Origin: Chiloscyllium plagiosum
Taxonomy: Eukaryota
Direction: 5' to 3'
Assembly (NCBI RefSeq): GCF_004010195.1
Contig: NC_057719.1
Location: 14,820,481-14,884,480 of the forward strand
Length of the DNA stretch: 64,000 nucleotides
The notes under the pieces are model-generated. The model did not search any database. It was not told the DNA's origin and saw only the letters and a program-made list of their open reading frames with translations. How positions within the stretch are numbered: the first letter of the stretch is position 1; each line of letters starts with the position of its first letter. Positions 23,051-36,537 of this stretch are shown here, in pieces. The position numbers and the translations under genes are program-made.

Positions 23051-23866
23051 TGTTACAAAGTTAAAAGAGTGTGGGTCATTGTCAGACAGAAAGTGCTTTT
23101 CTGAGTTTCATGTACAGCAAGTGCTGCTAGTATACAGAACAGCTGGGAGACAGACTGTTCCAAAATAGATACATGTAAAAAATGGCTGTTAAATGGATAC
23201 CTAAGTTTTGGTTGCCGTTTTGACAACAATTTAATTGATTTAAACTATCAAAACCAATCGAATTTAAAATCTGATGATGCTTACAGCCTGAAACTATAAG
23301 AATCAGACTATAAGAATTTCAGGTGTAATTGGGGTATAAAAATTAGGGCATTTTGAAAATTAGTCAGAGAACAACTGCCATTGAACATGAGAGCATATGT
23401 CATTGGAAAGGGCTTACAAAATAAAAATACCTCTCAGAAGGCACTATCCATCAAAGATACCTTTTCCAGTAAAAAGTAAGAAGATTACCTGGGGAAAACA
23501 GTAGAATTGGTAAGAAGCAACAAATTTGGAAGACTGGAAGGAAGATAGCATCACAGACTGTATTGACTTGGAGAGATTGATTTCATGTTTAATAATTGTA
23601 TTGTTGAAGCAGCATTTTAATAGAGTTGGGGTTCAGAATTTTTCAGATACTGATTAGTTAAAAAAAAGGGGGCTTGGATTTTATTGATAGTTTTTGTTTC
23701 GTATTCACTGTTAGAGTTAGAAAAGTGAATGGTTATTTTTTTTCTTTAAACAAAGGAAATCAGGGGTTTTCTTTCACTCACTCACACTTTTCGCAGATCA
23801 TGAGGTGAGCTTTCATGGGTGTTTTAGTTTTAATTAGCAGAGGGGCTTGACCTCTGTGTTGTACCA
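23051..23866 (+). mobile_element. Solo LTR (family L1)
   Basis: Starts TGTTAC, ends gtacCA; collinear similarity with 28342-29145. Confidence 0.7.
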
Positions 23867-24099
23867 ACGGATATTGAAGGAAATTGTAAGAGGATGCAAA
23901 AAAGGGTATGCATGAGAGGTAGTAAGTTAATTGTACAAGTGTAAAACAAAGTAAATATAAAAAGTTCAGAAACAAAGTGCAAAAGGAAATAAGAGAAACT
24001 AAAGATATGAGAAGGGGTTGGCAGTTGATGTAAAAGATTAAAAGCCTTCTCTCGGATTACAAATAGTAACAGGGAGGTGGAAAGCAATGCTGAGGTACT

Positions 24100-24205
24100 G
24101 AACTACTTCTGAACAAGGGTCACTGGACCCAAAATGTTGACTGTTTTCTCTCCATAGATGCTGCCAGACCTGCTGAGTTTCTCCAGCAATTTCTGCTTTT
24201 GTCTG
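24100..24205 (+). mobile_element. PLE terminus fragment (family P3)
   Basis: ctgaacaagggtcactggacccaaaatgttgactg..gatgctgccagacctgctgagtttctccagc; relatives at 29146-29235, 35370-35495, 40320-40510, 47985-48140. Confidence 0.65.
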
Positions 24206-25117
24206 AGATACTAAATGATTACTTTGCATCTGGGAAGAAGATGCTGCTGATGTCATAGTGGAAAAGGACATACTTGAGATACTGGGCAGTGAAAAATTGA
24301 TATGAAAGAAAAATAGCAAAACTTAGTAAAAATTGATAAGCCACCAGGACCAGACCAGTCACTTCCAAAGATGCTGAGGGATGTTAGAATGGAAATTGCA
24401 GAGGCGCTGACCATAATTTTCCAACCCTCCTTAGATTGCCCGGGGTTTGTATCAGAGTTAGAGCATTGTAAATGTTGCAAACTTATTTAAACCCAGCAAC
24501 CACAGGTCTGTTCATCCAACCGACATCCTATGGATGAATTTTTTTTAAAAGACTGATTAGTTTTAATATTGATGACAGGAATACATTAAAATGTAAATGT
24601 GAACAAAATTAACAGGAACTGGAACAAATAGAGACTAATTAAGGGTATTAAAAATTGCTGAATGCACATCATTTCCATTAGGTAAAAGAAAGGTAAATGA
24701 AAAGCTGGGTGTGGTTTGCATGGTCTTCCAAAAGATGTTTGATAAAACACCTCTTTAAACTTGTGTTATCTGTAAATAGAATGTAAATAATTCTACTTCC
24801 TGTCATTTTTTTTTACAGAATAAACTTCTGTTTTTACTATCAGAATCAGAGCTGCAGCATTGCATGCTAGTGTTTCAGTGAAAGGCTATCTCATTTTTAA
24901 AAAATCTATTGAGCTAGATTTCAGCCTGAGATCTGACTTGTGCAGTAATGGCATAATTAGAATTAGATTTAGATTTTATCAAATATACTCAAGTAAGTGA
25001 TGCAGGAGCACAGTGAAAAGTCTCGGATGTCTCCTTTCCTGGTGCCATCTGAGGTGTTCAAACTCTTCTGTGCTAAGTAGAAAAACAGGGAAATACAGTG
25101 AGAAGTTCAACATTAAA

Positions 25118-27372
25118 GTCATAGAGTCATAGAGATGTACAGCATGGAAACAGACCCTTCGATCCAACCCATCCATGCCAACCAGATATTCCAACTCAAA
25201 CTAGTCCCACGTGCCAGCACCTGATCCATACCCCTCCAAACCCTTCCTATTCATACACTCATCCAAATGGCTTTCAAATGTTGCAATTGTACCAGCCTCC
25301 ACCACTTCCTCTGGCAGCTCATTCCATACACGTACCACCCTCTGTGTGAAAAAGTTGCCCCTTAGGTCTCTTTTACATCTTTCTCCTCTCACCCTAAACC
25401 TATGCCCATTAGTTCTGGACTCCCCGACCCCAGTTAAAAGTCTTTGTTTATTTATCCCATCCATGCCCCTCATAACTTTATAAACCTCTGTAAGGTCACC
25501 CCTCAGCCTCTGACGCTCCAGGGAAAACAGCCCCAGCCTGTTCAGCCTCTCCCTATAGCTCAAGTCCTCTAACCCTGGCAACATCCTTGTAAATCTTTTC
25601 TGAACCCTTTCAAATTTCACAACATCTTTCCGATAGGAAGGAGACCAGAATTGCATGCAATATTCCAACAGTGGCCTAACCAATGTCGTGTACAGCCGCA
25701 ACATGACCTCCCAACTCCTGTACTCAATACTCTGATNNNNNNNNNNNNNNNNNNNNNNNNNNNNNNNNNNNNNNNNNNNNNNNNNNNNNNNNNNNNNNNN
25801 NNNNNNNNNNNNNNNNNNNNNNNNNNNNNNNNNNNNNNNNNNNNNNNNNNNNNNNNNNNNNNNNNNNNNNNNNNNNNNNNNNNNNNNNNNNNNNNNNNNN
25901 NNNNNNNNNNNNNNNNNNNNNNNNNNNNNNNNNNNNNNNNNNNNNNNNNNNNNNNNNNNNNNNNNNNNNNNNNNNNNNNNNNNNNNNNNNNNNNNNNNNN
26001 NNNNNNNNNNNNNNNNNNNNNNNNNNNNNNNNNNNNNNNNNNNNNNNNNNNNNNNNNNNNNNNNNNNNNNNNNNNNNNNNNNNNNNNNNNNNNNNNNNNN
26101 NNNNNNNNNNNNNNNNNNNNNNNNNNNNNNNNNNNNNNNNNNNNNNNNNNNNNNNNNNNNNNNNNNNNNNNNNNNNNNNNNNNNNNNNNNNNNNNNNNNN
26201 NNNNNNNNNNNNNNNNNNNNNNNNNNNNNNNNNNNNNNNNNNNNNNNNNNNNNNNNNNNNNNNNNNNNNNNNNNNNNNNNNNNNNNNNNNNNNNNNNNNN
26301 NNNNNNNNNNNNNNNNNNNNNNNNNNNNNNNNNNNNNNNNNNNNNNNNNNNNNNNNNNNNNNNNNNTTTCAAGACATCCAGCACTTTCTCCTCTGTAATC
26401 TGGACATTTTGCAAGATGTCACCATCTATTTCCCTACAGTCTATTTCCATATCCTTTTCCACAGTAAATACTGATGCAAAACATTCATTTCGTATCTCCC
26501 CCATTTTCTGTGGCTCCACACAAAGGCCGCCTTGCTGATCTTTGAGGGGCCCTATTCTCTCCCTAGTTACCCTTTTGTCCTTAATATATTTGTAAAAACC
26601 CTTTGGATTCTCCTTAATTCTATTTGCCAAAGCTATCTCATGTCCCCTCTTTGCCCTCCTGATTTCCCTCATAAGTATACTCCTACTTCCTTTATACTCA
26701 TCTAAGAATTCACTCAATCTATCCTGTCTATACCTTACATATGCTTCCTTCTTTTTCTTAACCAAACCCTTAATTTCTTTAGTCATCCAGCATTCCCTAT
26801 ACCTACCAGCCTATCCTTTCACCCTAACAGGAATATACTTTCTCTGGACTCTCGTTAGCTCATTTCTGAAGGCTTCCCATTTTTTAGCCATCCCTTTGTC
26901 TGCGAACATCTGCCCCCAATCAGCTTTCGAAAGTTCTTGCCTAATACCATCAATTTTGGCCTTTCTCCAATTTAGAACTTCAACTTTTAGATCTGGTCTA
27001 TCCTTTTCCATCACAATTTTAAATCTAATAGAATTATGGTCGCTGACCCCAAAGTGCTCCCTCACTGATACCTCAGTCACCTGCCCTGCCTTATTTCCTA
27101 AGAGTAGGTCAAGTTTTGCACCTTCTCTGGTAGGTACATCCACATACTGAATCAGAAAATTTTCTTGTACACACTTAACAAGTTCCTCTCCATCTCAACC
27201 CTTAACACTTATGGCAGTCCCAGTCTATGTTTGGAAAGTTAAAATCCCCTACCATAACCACCCTATTATCCTTACAGATAGCAGAGATCTTCTTACAAAT
27301 TTATTTCTCAATTTCCCTCTGACTATTAGGGTGTCTATAATACAATCCCAATAAGGTGATCATCCCTTTCTA
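25118..27372 (-). mobile_element. CR1/HER1 LINE ORF2 (EN-RT, spans a gap)
   Basis: PTREGAKLDLLLGN..SDHNSIRF; WMTKEIKGL..KENPKGFYKYIK; LVRPLLEYCMQFWSP..GYGSGAGTWD. Confidence 0.95.
25737..26366. other. Assembly gap
   Basis: N run. Confidence 1.
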
Positions 27373-27853
27373 ATGTCAGGTCAAAAAAATAAAGAAACAA
27401 AATTAAAAGTTCACGTGGAAGTCCTTCTTAAGTGCCTAGCCATGCTGGACTCACACTCCCCACAATGATTCCACCTCCTCCTCATTGAGCTCAATCTCCT
27501 CCTCGGTGGATTTCATTGCAGATGCTGGGAGACCTTGGACTGCCTGCTCTCCCTGCCAGTGCAGATGCCGGAGTTCTCTATCACTGCCACATGGGGCTTA
27601 ATCGGCCCCTGCACTGGGTCTCTCTCCTCTGCTTTGGGCTTACTGCCTCGCTCTCCCCCACACTCTCGCACTGTCCCCCATACTGGCTTGATCTCTGCAC
27701 AGAAGGTAGGTAAAGTAAGCAAAAATTAGCTGTGAAAGGAAAGGTAAAAGCAGATGAGCTCTAGGAGCCCACATGCTGCACTGCTGCTCTGCCGCCATCT
27801 TGGAAATCAAAAATCGTCTGAGATTATGGCAACTGGGGGATCTTAGCAGGATG

Positions 27854-28061
27854 GTAAATGTGAGGACTGCAGATGCTGGAAACCAGAGTTTAGATTAGAG
27901 TGGTGCTGGAAAAGCACAACAGGTCAGGCAGTATCCAAGGAGCAGGAAAATCGACGTTTCAGGCAAAAGCACCTGATGAAGGCTTTTGCCCGAAACGTCG
28001 ATTTTCCTGCTCCTCGGATGCTGCCTGACCTGCTGTGCTTTTCCAGCACCATCCTAATCTA
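27854..28061. mobile_element. Fold-back PLE terminus (P1) with hammerhead core at 27972-28003 (+)
   Basis: cCTGATGA-a-GGC tttt GCC-c-GAAA-CGTC-g; flanked by ggatcttagcaggatg/ggatcttgtcaggatg. Confidence 0.85.
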
Positions 28062-28341
28062 GGATCTTGTCAGGATGTTGAACTCACAGAATTTAAGATG
28101 GATTGGTGCCTTTTTTTTAGAACAGTAGGCACATGATGCTTCTGGGTACAAAATGATTGTTTTTTGCTGAGGCTCCAGAGAATTTGAAGATGCTCTGAAT
28201 GTTGCTCAGAGAGTTTTGGGAAGTGAAAGATATAACAGTTGATGATTTAGAATCTTTGGCTAAAGGTAAATTGAGAGAGTTAACAGATTAAATTGAATGT
28301 AAAAGTAAAACCAGTGTCTCATAAGGCTTTTGGAAGATGGG

Positions 28342-29145
28342 TGTTATGAAGTTGAAAGAGTTCATTGTCACTTTAAAAGAGAGGTGTCTTTCTTGAGCAG
28401 AAAGATTGTGATGGCACATGTGTTTTTGACTTTCTGACATTGCAAAGAGTGCTGGGAATTGCTCAATTGTGAAAATCAGCTTGGGGTTGTGTTTTGATGT
28501 TGAGACAACCAGATTCGAATTTAACCAATTAATTTAAATTATGCCCAGGATACCAAAAACCAATTGAATTTGAACTTATTGTATTGACATCATCAGACCA
28601 ATGAGAGGGTAGGATGCTGGGGGTTTAGAAAGGAAGGGCATTTTGAAAATTGGTCAGGGCTAACTGCCCATTGAACCTGAGAGCACATGTCATCTGAAAG
28701 TGGCTCTCAAAAGAAACTTTTAAGAAGGCATAAAGTATTTAAAAGCAAGGCATTTGATTGTTGAAATGCTCACAGTGAGAGGAAGGCCCAGCGAGAAGAC
28801 AGCAGGACCAAAAGGAAACAGCCGATTTGGAAGACTTGAAAGAAGGCAGTGTAAGAAACTGTATAGACTTTGAGAGATTAAGTTAATTTAAGTTTAATAA
28901 TTGTTATTGGAACAGCATTTTTGTAGTCAGCTTTTAGTTAAGAGAAATGGGGCTTGGGTTTATTAATAGCTTTTATTTAGTGTTCACTGTTAAAGTTAAG
29001 AAAACAAATTGTTTTTTCTTTTAAACAGTGGAAATTAGGGGTTTTCTTTCACTCACTCTCATTTTAACAGATTATAAGGCAAGACAATCTTTTCTGGGTG
29101 TTTTCATTTTAATTAACAGAGGGGTTTGACTTCTGCATCGTAACA
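28342..29145 (+). mobile_element. Solo LTR (family L1)
   Basis: TGTTA...TAACA inverted termini; similar to 23051-23866. Confidence 0.75.
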
Positions 29146-29267
29146 GGGGTCACTGGACTTGAAACTTCAGCTCTGTTTTCTCTTCACAGATGCAGCCTGA
29201 CCTGCTCAGTTTCTCCAGCAATTGTTTCTGTCTCGTGAGGATGAATTGCTTCAACTGAAAGTGCATT

Positions 29268-29405
29268 GTAGACCAGCAGGAGGCTGGAAAAGCACAGCAG
29301 GCCAGGCAGCAATGTCCACTTCCTGATGCTGCCTGGCCTGCTGTGCTTTTCCAGCCCCCCTCCTGGTCTACCTTTGGATTCCAGCACCTGTGGATATTTT
29401 GTTCC
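29268..29405. mobile_element. Fold-back PLE-like terminus (family P4)
   Basis: ggctggaaaagcacagcaggccaggcagca / tgctgcctggcctgctgtgcttttccagcc; relative at 39945-40228. Confidence 0.65.
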
Positions 29406-29689
29406 TAACTGAATGTTCAACATTTGGGATTAGAAAAAGAAGCTTGTAATTGAACGTCACGACTGGAATTAGTAAATACACAGCCTAGAAATAAAAAAAG
29501 ATTCAAGTTAGAAGATAAAGGGTGAGTGAGGATAAAGAAAATGAGAAAATAATGGAGAACAACATGAAGATAAGGAAAAGTGAAATGGAAAGAGAGAAAA
29601 GGAAGATGGGAAGTGAGGAAAGAGACAAAAGATGTAATTGTTTTTAAAAAATGAATGCTAAAGAGAAAGGTAATGTGGAGGACACAAAA

Positions 29690-30090
29690 TGGAGGATAGA
29701 CATCATGTTCTGAAGTTGTGGAATTCAATATTGAGTCCAAAAAGTCAAAAATTGTGCTTCGTTGCAGGAGGGACAGGGCAGAAGTGTCAGATGGTTTGCA
29801 GCTGGAAGGTCAGGGTCATTGCTATGGACAGAGTGGAGGTGTTCTGCAAAATGATCATCCAGTTTGCGTTTAGTCTCTCCACTCTAACAGAGATTGCACT
29901 GGAAGCAAAAATGCAGTAGGCTAGAATGAAAGAAGTTCAAGTCAAATGCTGCTTTTCCTGGAACATGCATTTGGAGCCTCGGACAGTGAGGACGGCAGGC
30001 ATGAATGGTCAAATGTTACAACATCTGCAATTGTATGGGAAGATGCCATGATGGAATGAGGAAATGCTAGGAGCTATAAAGGAGTTGAAC
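29690..30090 (-). mobile_element. Degraded PLE GIY-YIG fragment
   Basis: Reverse strand: LAYCI..GETKRKLDDHFAEHLHSV. Confidence 0.7.
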
Positions 30091-30615
30091 AGTGATTGAA
30101 TTGTACCTGCAGAAGATGGTGAAATACTGGAACAAGTCAATTGCTGATGCTGGCTGATAATACTATTTGTCAACCAGAGGTGTTAATGAAGAAGAAAACA
30201 TTGATTGGAGGTATACATGGAGATTATAAACCAGTTTCAATATTAAGTCAAACTTATAAGTCTGTGGCTTGTCTAGCAAACCTCTCTGGACAGCTTCCAT
30301 GGGCTGGCTACAATCACCAGCCTGACAATTCTTTTTGCTATCTCCCCATCTGGCTGGGCGAATAGAAAAGCAGAATACTATTTCCATAGTGAGAGATTGC
30401 AGGACTCGCTGGTACAGAGGGGTTGAAAGAGCTTGGTACCTGATTCACGGGAAGTTAGGATGCAAGTACAGCAAATGATTGGGAAGGTAAAAAGAATGTT
30501 CTCATTAACCACAACAGAATTGGAACATAAAAGTAGGAAAGTTAACTAAAGCAGTACAGGACAATTGTGATGCACTGGTTCCTTTTCAATTAATTTCTGT
30601 ATAGCCATGATATGC

Positions 30616-30905
30616 TTAGATTAGATTACAGTGTAGAAACAGGCCCTTTGGCCCAACAAGTCCACACCGACCCGCTGAAGTGCAACCCACCCATACCCCT
30701 ACATTTACCCCTTACCTAACACTACGGGCAGTTTAGCATGGCCAATTCACCTGACCTGCACATCTTTGGACTATGGGAGGAAACCGGAGCACCCGGAGGA
30801 AACCCACGCAGACATGGGGAGAACGTGCAAACTCCACACAGTCAGTCGCCTGAGGCAGGAATTGCTGTGAGGTAGCAGTGCTAACCACTGTGCCACCGTG
30901 CCGCC
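30616..30905 (-). mobile_element. HE1-like V-SINE
   Basis: Full-length reverse copy; atatgct on both sides. Confidence 0.92.
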
Positions 30906-32211
30906 AATATGCTATTTTCCTTCAACCAATATCTCTCCCCAGAAAACCTAAAGCAAACTTTAAGATAAATTTACCATTTCTTAACTTCAAAGTAAATGCA
31001 GAAGTTCTCTAAACTCAAATGTCCAGCAGCCTTGCCTCTCCTTTGCACTAGCAGTAATAATGTACTTACATCCATTATACCACGATTACCCATAAGAAAG
31101 CTATTTCACACAAGTCCATTTTAAGTTTGACATTTGTTTTGTTCCATATTGCTCTTGAGAAAGCTTCTGCTGCAGCCTTTTATCTTTCTGATACTTGATG
31201 ATTTTCAAATTGTATGGTTATAGCATTAAACTTCGATGAAAATAGTCTCAGACTATGAAAATGCTGGGAACATTAGTGAATTATGGTTGTATAAGTAAGT
31301 ATCCATAATTATGTAGGCTTCAGAATGTCATGGTGCCAATATGAAACTCAATACAAAACCCTCAGTATGTCCCTGCTGTCAAGAATTTAGCTTTTTAATA
31401 AGGGAACTGACTGGCAATTCGATCCAAATCTTCTCTGCCTGTAATAAAACTGCACTGATTGCCACATCGCTGGCACAAAGGTAAATTTAAAGGGCTTCAC
31501 TTAATTCAGCATTGCTGAAGTCAGTATGATAATCAGTACAGCTTTCAAATAGTCAAAGGCATTCTGATCAACATTCTCTGAAGTCTCCTCCCAATATATG
31601 GACCTCCAGGTAGAAATCAATACATCCACACGCTGCTTGGTAAGTGCTGACCTTCCAAACAGCTGCTCAGCTCAGGAAAAATATTGATTCCGGTACTCGT
31701 CTGTCCATCCCAGTTTCTTGCCTTTCTTTAAAAAGCTTGTCAGGAGGTGACAGTAGTGCTGCTGTTTGGAACAAAGCTCCATCAGAATCCATTCATGTCT
31801 TTCTACCATATTATCAATTGTTTTGTTTCCAGCACTGATAAATCAAAGTCATTCTTATCTTTGCTTTTCTAGGTGTTGCTTGACCTTGCCCTACAGTGTG
31901 GCCTAAGTAAGTTCCTTTTCTGTTGGCAAATTTACTGTTGACCAAGTTCGTAACCAGGTTGGTTCTTTGTCGTGGTCAAGCAAGTCAATCAACTGTTGTA
32001 AATGTTCACCCAGCTTTGGCTGAACATTACCAAATCATTACTATATGCATCATAGTTGCATAACCTTCATGATATTGTTGGTTAATGTTTGAAAAGTTGC
32101 ATTTTTCATGCCAAATGGCACGATTTTTCTAAACTTCATCCAGGGTTACAAAAGCTAACACTTTTTTTGGCCATAACATTGAATAAAACTTGCCAATACC
32201 CTTTTACAGCA

Positions 32212-33903
32212 GACTATTTAAGGAGCAGTTATTGCGAGTGATGCACGAAGTTGTTCCTCTGAGACAGGTAAGAAGGGGTAAGACTAAGGAACCTTGGATG
32301 ACGAGAACAGAGGATCTTCTCGTCAAAAGGAAGAAGGCAGCTTACGTAAGGTGGAGGATGCAAGGATCTAGCACAGCTTTAGAGGATTACAGGCTTACTA
32401 GAAAGGAGCTCAGAAATGGACTGAGGAGAGCCAGGAGGGGGCGCGAAAAAGGTTTGGCAAGAAGGATTAGGGAGAACCCAAAGGCATTTTACTCATATGT
32501 GAGGAATAAAAGAATGATCAGGGAGCATGTAGGGCCGATCAGGGATCGCAGAGGGAACTCTTGCATGGAGTCTGAGCAGATAGGAGAAGCCCTAAATGAG
32601 TTTTTTGCTTTTGTTTTCATCAAGGAAAGGGAACTTGTTGTAAATGAAAACTTAGAGGAGCTGGGATACAGTCTTGACCAGATCAAGATTGATGAAGTTG
32701 ATGTGCTGGAAATTTTGGAAAACATTAAGATTGATAAGTCTCCAGGGCCAGACCGGATTTATCCTAGGCTGCTCCAGAAAGCGAGAAAGGAGGTTGCTAA
32801 TCTGCTGGCAAGGATATTTGCTTCCTCACTCTCCATGGGAGTCGTACTGGAGGATTGGAAGAAGGCAAATGTTGTTCCTCTTTTCAAGAAGGGTAATAGG
32901 GAAATCCCTGGCAATTACAGACCAGTCAGTCTTACATCTGTGGTCAGTAAAGTTTTGGAAAGAATTCTGTGGGATAGGATTTATGACTATTTGGCAAAGC
33001 ATAGTGTGATTAAAGGCAGTCAGCAATGGCTTTGTGAGGGGCAGGTCATGCCTCACAAATCTTATTGAGTTCTTTGAGGAGATATCAAGACAGGTCAATG
33101 AATGTTGAGCAGTGGATGTGGTGTATCTGGACTTCAGCAAGGCACTTGATAAGGTTCCCCATGGTAGGCTCATTGATACAGTCAGGAAGTATGGGATACA
33201 GGGAGATTTGGCAATCTGGATTCAGAATTGGTTGACAGAAGGCAGAGAGTGGTTCTAGATGGAAAGTATTCTGCCTGGAGGATAGTGTTGAGTGGGGTCC
33301 CGCAGGGCTCTGTTCTTTGTAGTTTTTATAAATGACTTGGATGAGGAGGTTCAGGGGTCAGTTAGTAAATTTGCAGATGACACAAAAGTTGGAGATGCCG
33401 TCGATAGTATCAAGGGCTATTGCAGGCTGCAGCGTGATACAGACAGGATGCAGAGCTGGGCTGAGAAATGGAAGATGGAGTACAACCTGGATAAATGCGA
33501 AGTGATGCATTTTGGAAGGTCAAACTCGAATGCTGAATATAGGATTAAAGACAGGATTCTTGGCAGTGTGGAGGAACAGAGGCATCTGAGTGTGCAAGTA
33601 CATAGATCCCTCAAAGTACGAGGAGTCATAGTTTGAAGATATTAGGAGGAAGGTATAAAGGAGACGTCAGAAGTAGGTTCTTTATGCAGAGAGTTGTGAA
33701 TGCATGGAATGCGTTGCCAGCTATGGTGGTGGAAGTGAAGTCATTGGGGACATTTAAGTAACTGCTGGACATGCACATGGATAACAGTGAGTTGAGGGGT
33801 GCGTTGGTCAAGTTACTATATTTTGCATTCGGAGTAAACCTCGGCACAACATCGTGGGCCAAAGGGCCTGTTCTGTGCTGTACTTTTCTATGTTCTATGT
33901 TCT
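32212..33903 (+). mobile_element. CR1 LINE ORF2 fragment with an internal deletion near 33617
   Basis: PWMT..RENPKAFYSYV..KSPGPDRIYPRLL..NYRPVSLTSVVSKVLE; KFADDTK; tail ttctatgttctatgttct. Confidence 0.95.
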
Positions 33904-34068
33904 AATAAATTATATCCCAGTTAGCAATCATATACTTTAACATCATGGATAACCAAAGATGTTTTAGGTGACCTTTATTTGTGCCGGTAACGACGTTTAT
34001 AAGTCACTTTGATAGTTTTCTGAAAGCATAATATCACCCAACGTTTTGCGCACCTCTATATTGGAATC

Positions 34069-34357
34069 TTAGAATTCCTACAGTATGCAAGCAGGCCATT
34101 CGGCCCATCGACTCCATGCCAACCCTGTGAAGAGCATCCCACCCAGAAGTAAACCACCTACTCTATCTCTTTAACCCTGCATTTCCATGGCTAATCCACC
34201 TAACCTGCACATCTTTGGCTTGTGGGAGGAAATAGGAGCAAACCCACACAGACACAGGGAGAGTGTACAAACTCCACCCAGTTGCCCAAAGCTGAAATTG
34301 ACCCTTAATCCCTGGCACTGAGTCAGCAGTGCTAACCACTGAGCCAACATGCTGCCC
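34069..34357 (-). mobile_element. HE1-like V-SINE
   Basis: Reverse-complement similarity to 50178-50490. Confidence 0.88.
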
Positions 34358-36537
34358 ATAGTATCTAATCTAATTATTGGAGGTGAACTTTACAAATTTT
34401 AATTTCTGATTGATTTACAAATCAATCTGACATTTTCATTTGTCTTCCTACTACTTTTAGTAACGTAAACACACCTCACGGCTGACTATCCTCCTTATCT
34501 TAGTATTGTGTTATCATATTAGCGTGACACACCATCTGATTTTACCTCTGCATATTCATGGCATAATTCACATAAGTCTTCAAATGCTGGAAAAGAATTC
34601 AATGCACAGGCTTAAGTGATAGTTGGAGTCTCCCTTTTTTTTGCATTACTGGTGAAAAAAATGTCTCAGTACTTTAATTTGTCTTTTTCTCAATACCGGA
34701 ATTACTCGCCATTGGAATTTTATGACCACTCATAAACCTGATGGACTGCTGCCCATTTCTCATTAGTTTGTATTTGGGGCGGTGTCTACTTCCTCATTAG
34801 CAGTTCATCTTTTAAATAATAGCAGTGAGGTATTGGTTCTGATTTACTTTCTGTGTAAGCTGTTTGACAGCTTTTTCAGTGCAGAATGTATTTGTTCCAT
34901 GTCCCTTAAAGATGATGGGTTAAGTAGATTTACATTATTGTCTTTATCTTCCTCCATTTTTATGTAAGTTTTTGAAAATATTATGAGGTAACTAATTTTC
35001 CACATCATCTCCACTTTGTACAGATTCTTCTTCCTGTCTAATTTTATTGTGTCATGACCATGGATCAAAAATCCCAGAATGCCTGAGGGCATATCAATCT
35101 CTAATTCCAATATCTGTTTTCTTCACAAAAAAGCCATTCTGCCAAAGGTCCACTGTGTATGTGAATTTAATGGTTGCCTGGAGAAGAGAGAGAGTATGGA
35201 ATGTCATGCATGATAAGGGGCCAAAGAAACTTCAAAAGGAGAAAATGCACTACAAACTGTTTTGTTTTTGTCATCTCCTGTGAGTATCACAAACTGTGAA
35301 CATGATGGTTTCAAAATGAAAGTGCATTTCCCCCTTTTTAGAATACCCAGGGGTAGCATGCTTTAGAAAGTGAAAGAACTGTAGATGTTGTAAATCAAAA
35401 ATATTATATGGAAATTGATGGAAAAGCTCAGCATGTCTGGCAGTATCTGTGGAGAGAAATCAGTGTTAACATTTAGGGTTGAGTGACCTTCTGAGGGATG
35501 TCTTCCCTTCGAGATAAACGATCCAGGAGCTTCAAAAGTCTGACTCCCTTTAATAATCGGAATTCTTTTGACTATCTGAGCAATCTCTTCCTTCTGAGAA
35601 GGTTTTGAGGGAACCCATTCCACAGCTATAATGTTAATATTGATTTACTTTCCTGATACATCCTTTCATGAGGAGTCCTTTGGCATCTTACTACAGAAAT
35701 TGGTCTCCCATTTAATTTCCAGCAATTACCTGAGATGCCTAGTCTTACAATAATGGAGCACATAATTTTCTTAACCTCACCTTTACATTCAAAGCTTTCT
35801 GCTTTCATATTTTGAAGTTTGACTTGTTGTCCAAAATGAATGCCTTTCCCATCTCCAGATTTTCTATTCCTTAATATTTCCTTTTTAACTCTGATATGGC
35901 CATTTTCCCATCTGTAACTGACTGTGACAGAACTGCTGCTTCTCAGCATTTGATGCTTTATCTAAATATGTTTTAAGAGCTAATTGAACTGCCATAATTA
36001 TGATTTCACTTACATTCTCAATTTTATGCTCTCACCTCAGTGATTCAAACCACTAATCCCACCACATTTCCTTTTCTCTTGCAAATTCCACAGATGTCTG
36101 ATTAGTTTTCTTTCTTATAATTCTAATCTTTAATTGTTAATCTCCAGGGAGAAGCTCATAGCCTTGACTATAAGCCTTGGAAACCTTCTTGGAACTTTGT
36201 AATCTTATGCTCTTATCAACTGGTGTACACATTCATCACTGTACCTAATAGGACACTGTAATAGTAAGGTCCAAACATACTTTGGTCATTTCAGTTTCAC
36301 AGCTACCTGAACAAACGGATAGAAAGACCTTCCAGGTCTATTCTGTGTAAATATAAGTACAAAATGAAGGCTTATAGTTTAATCAAATCCATCAAAGAAC
36401 AATACAGCACAGGAACAGACCCTTTGGCCCACGAAGCCTGTACCAATTCCTCTTCCTTATTTAGGCACGATCCTTATTGCCCATACAATACCTATCCCTC
36501 TGTTTGCCTCCTGTTCATGTGTCTATCAAAATGTCTC

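Larger units (their letters stand above)
24962..27815 (-). mobile_element. About 600-bp non-coding retroposon (host of the CR1 at 25118-27372)
   Basis: 5' gatttccAAGATGGCGGC; 3' cagatggcacc..cttttcactgt..tgataaaatctaa; the same 3' end occurs at about 19350, 47890-47965 and 51360-51450. Confidence 0.55.
24760..29690 (+). mobile_element. 5' fragment of a Gmr1-like Gypsy element (LTR end, PBS, gag N-terminus), broken by nested inserts
   Basis: LTR end split at about 24960/27815; PBS-like tgggggatcttagcaggat (27834-27852); EFWEVKDITVDDLESLAKGKLREL (about 28210) and VQHLGLEKE..RLELV (about 29415), similar to reverse-strand 39180-39400. Confidence 0.55.

Noticed and set aside
21693..26786. Long 280-400 aa ORFs
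   Set aside because: Artefacts of translating through N gaps; the flanks are PLE or CR1 sequence.
32190..33068. 292-aa ORF as a host gene
   Set aside because: CR1 ORF2 fragment that frameshifts at the QHGF motif.
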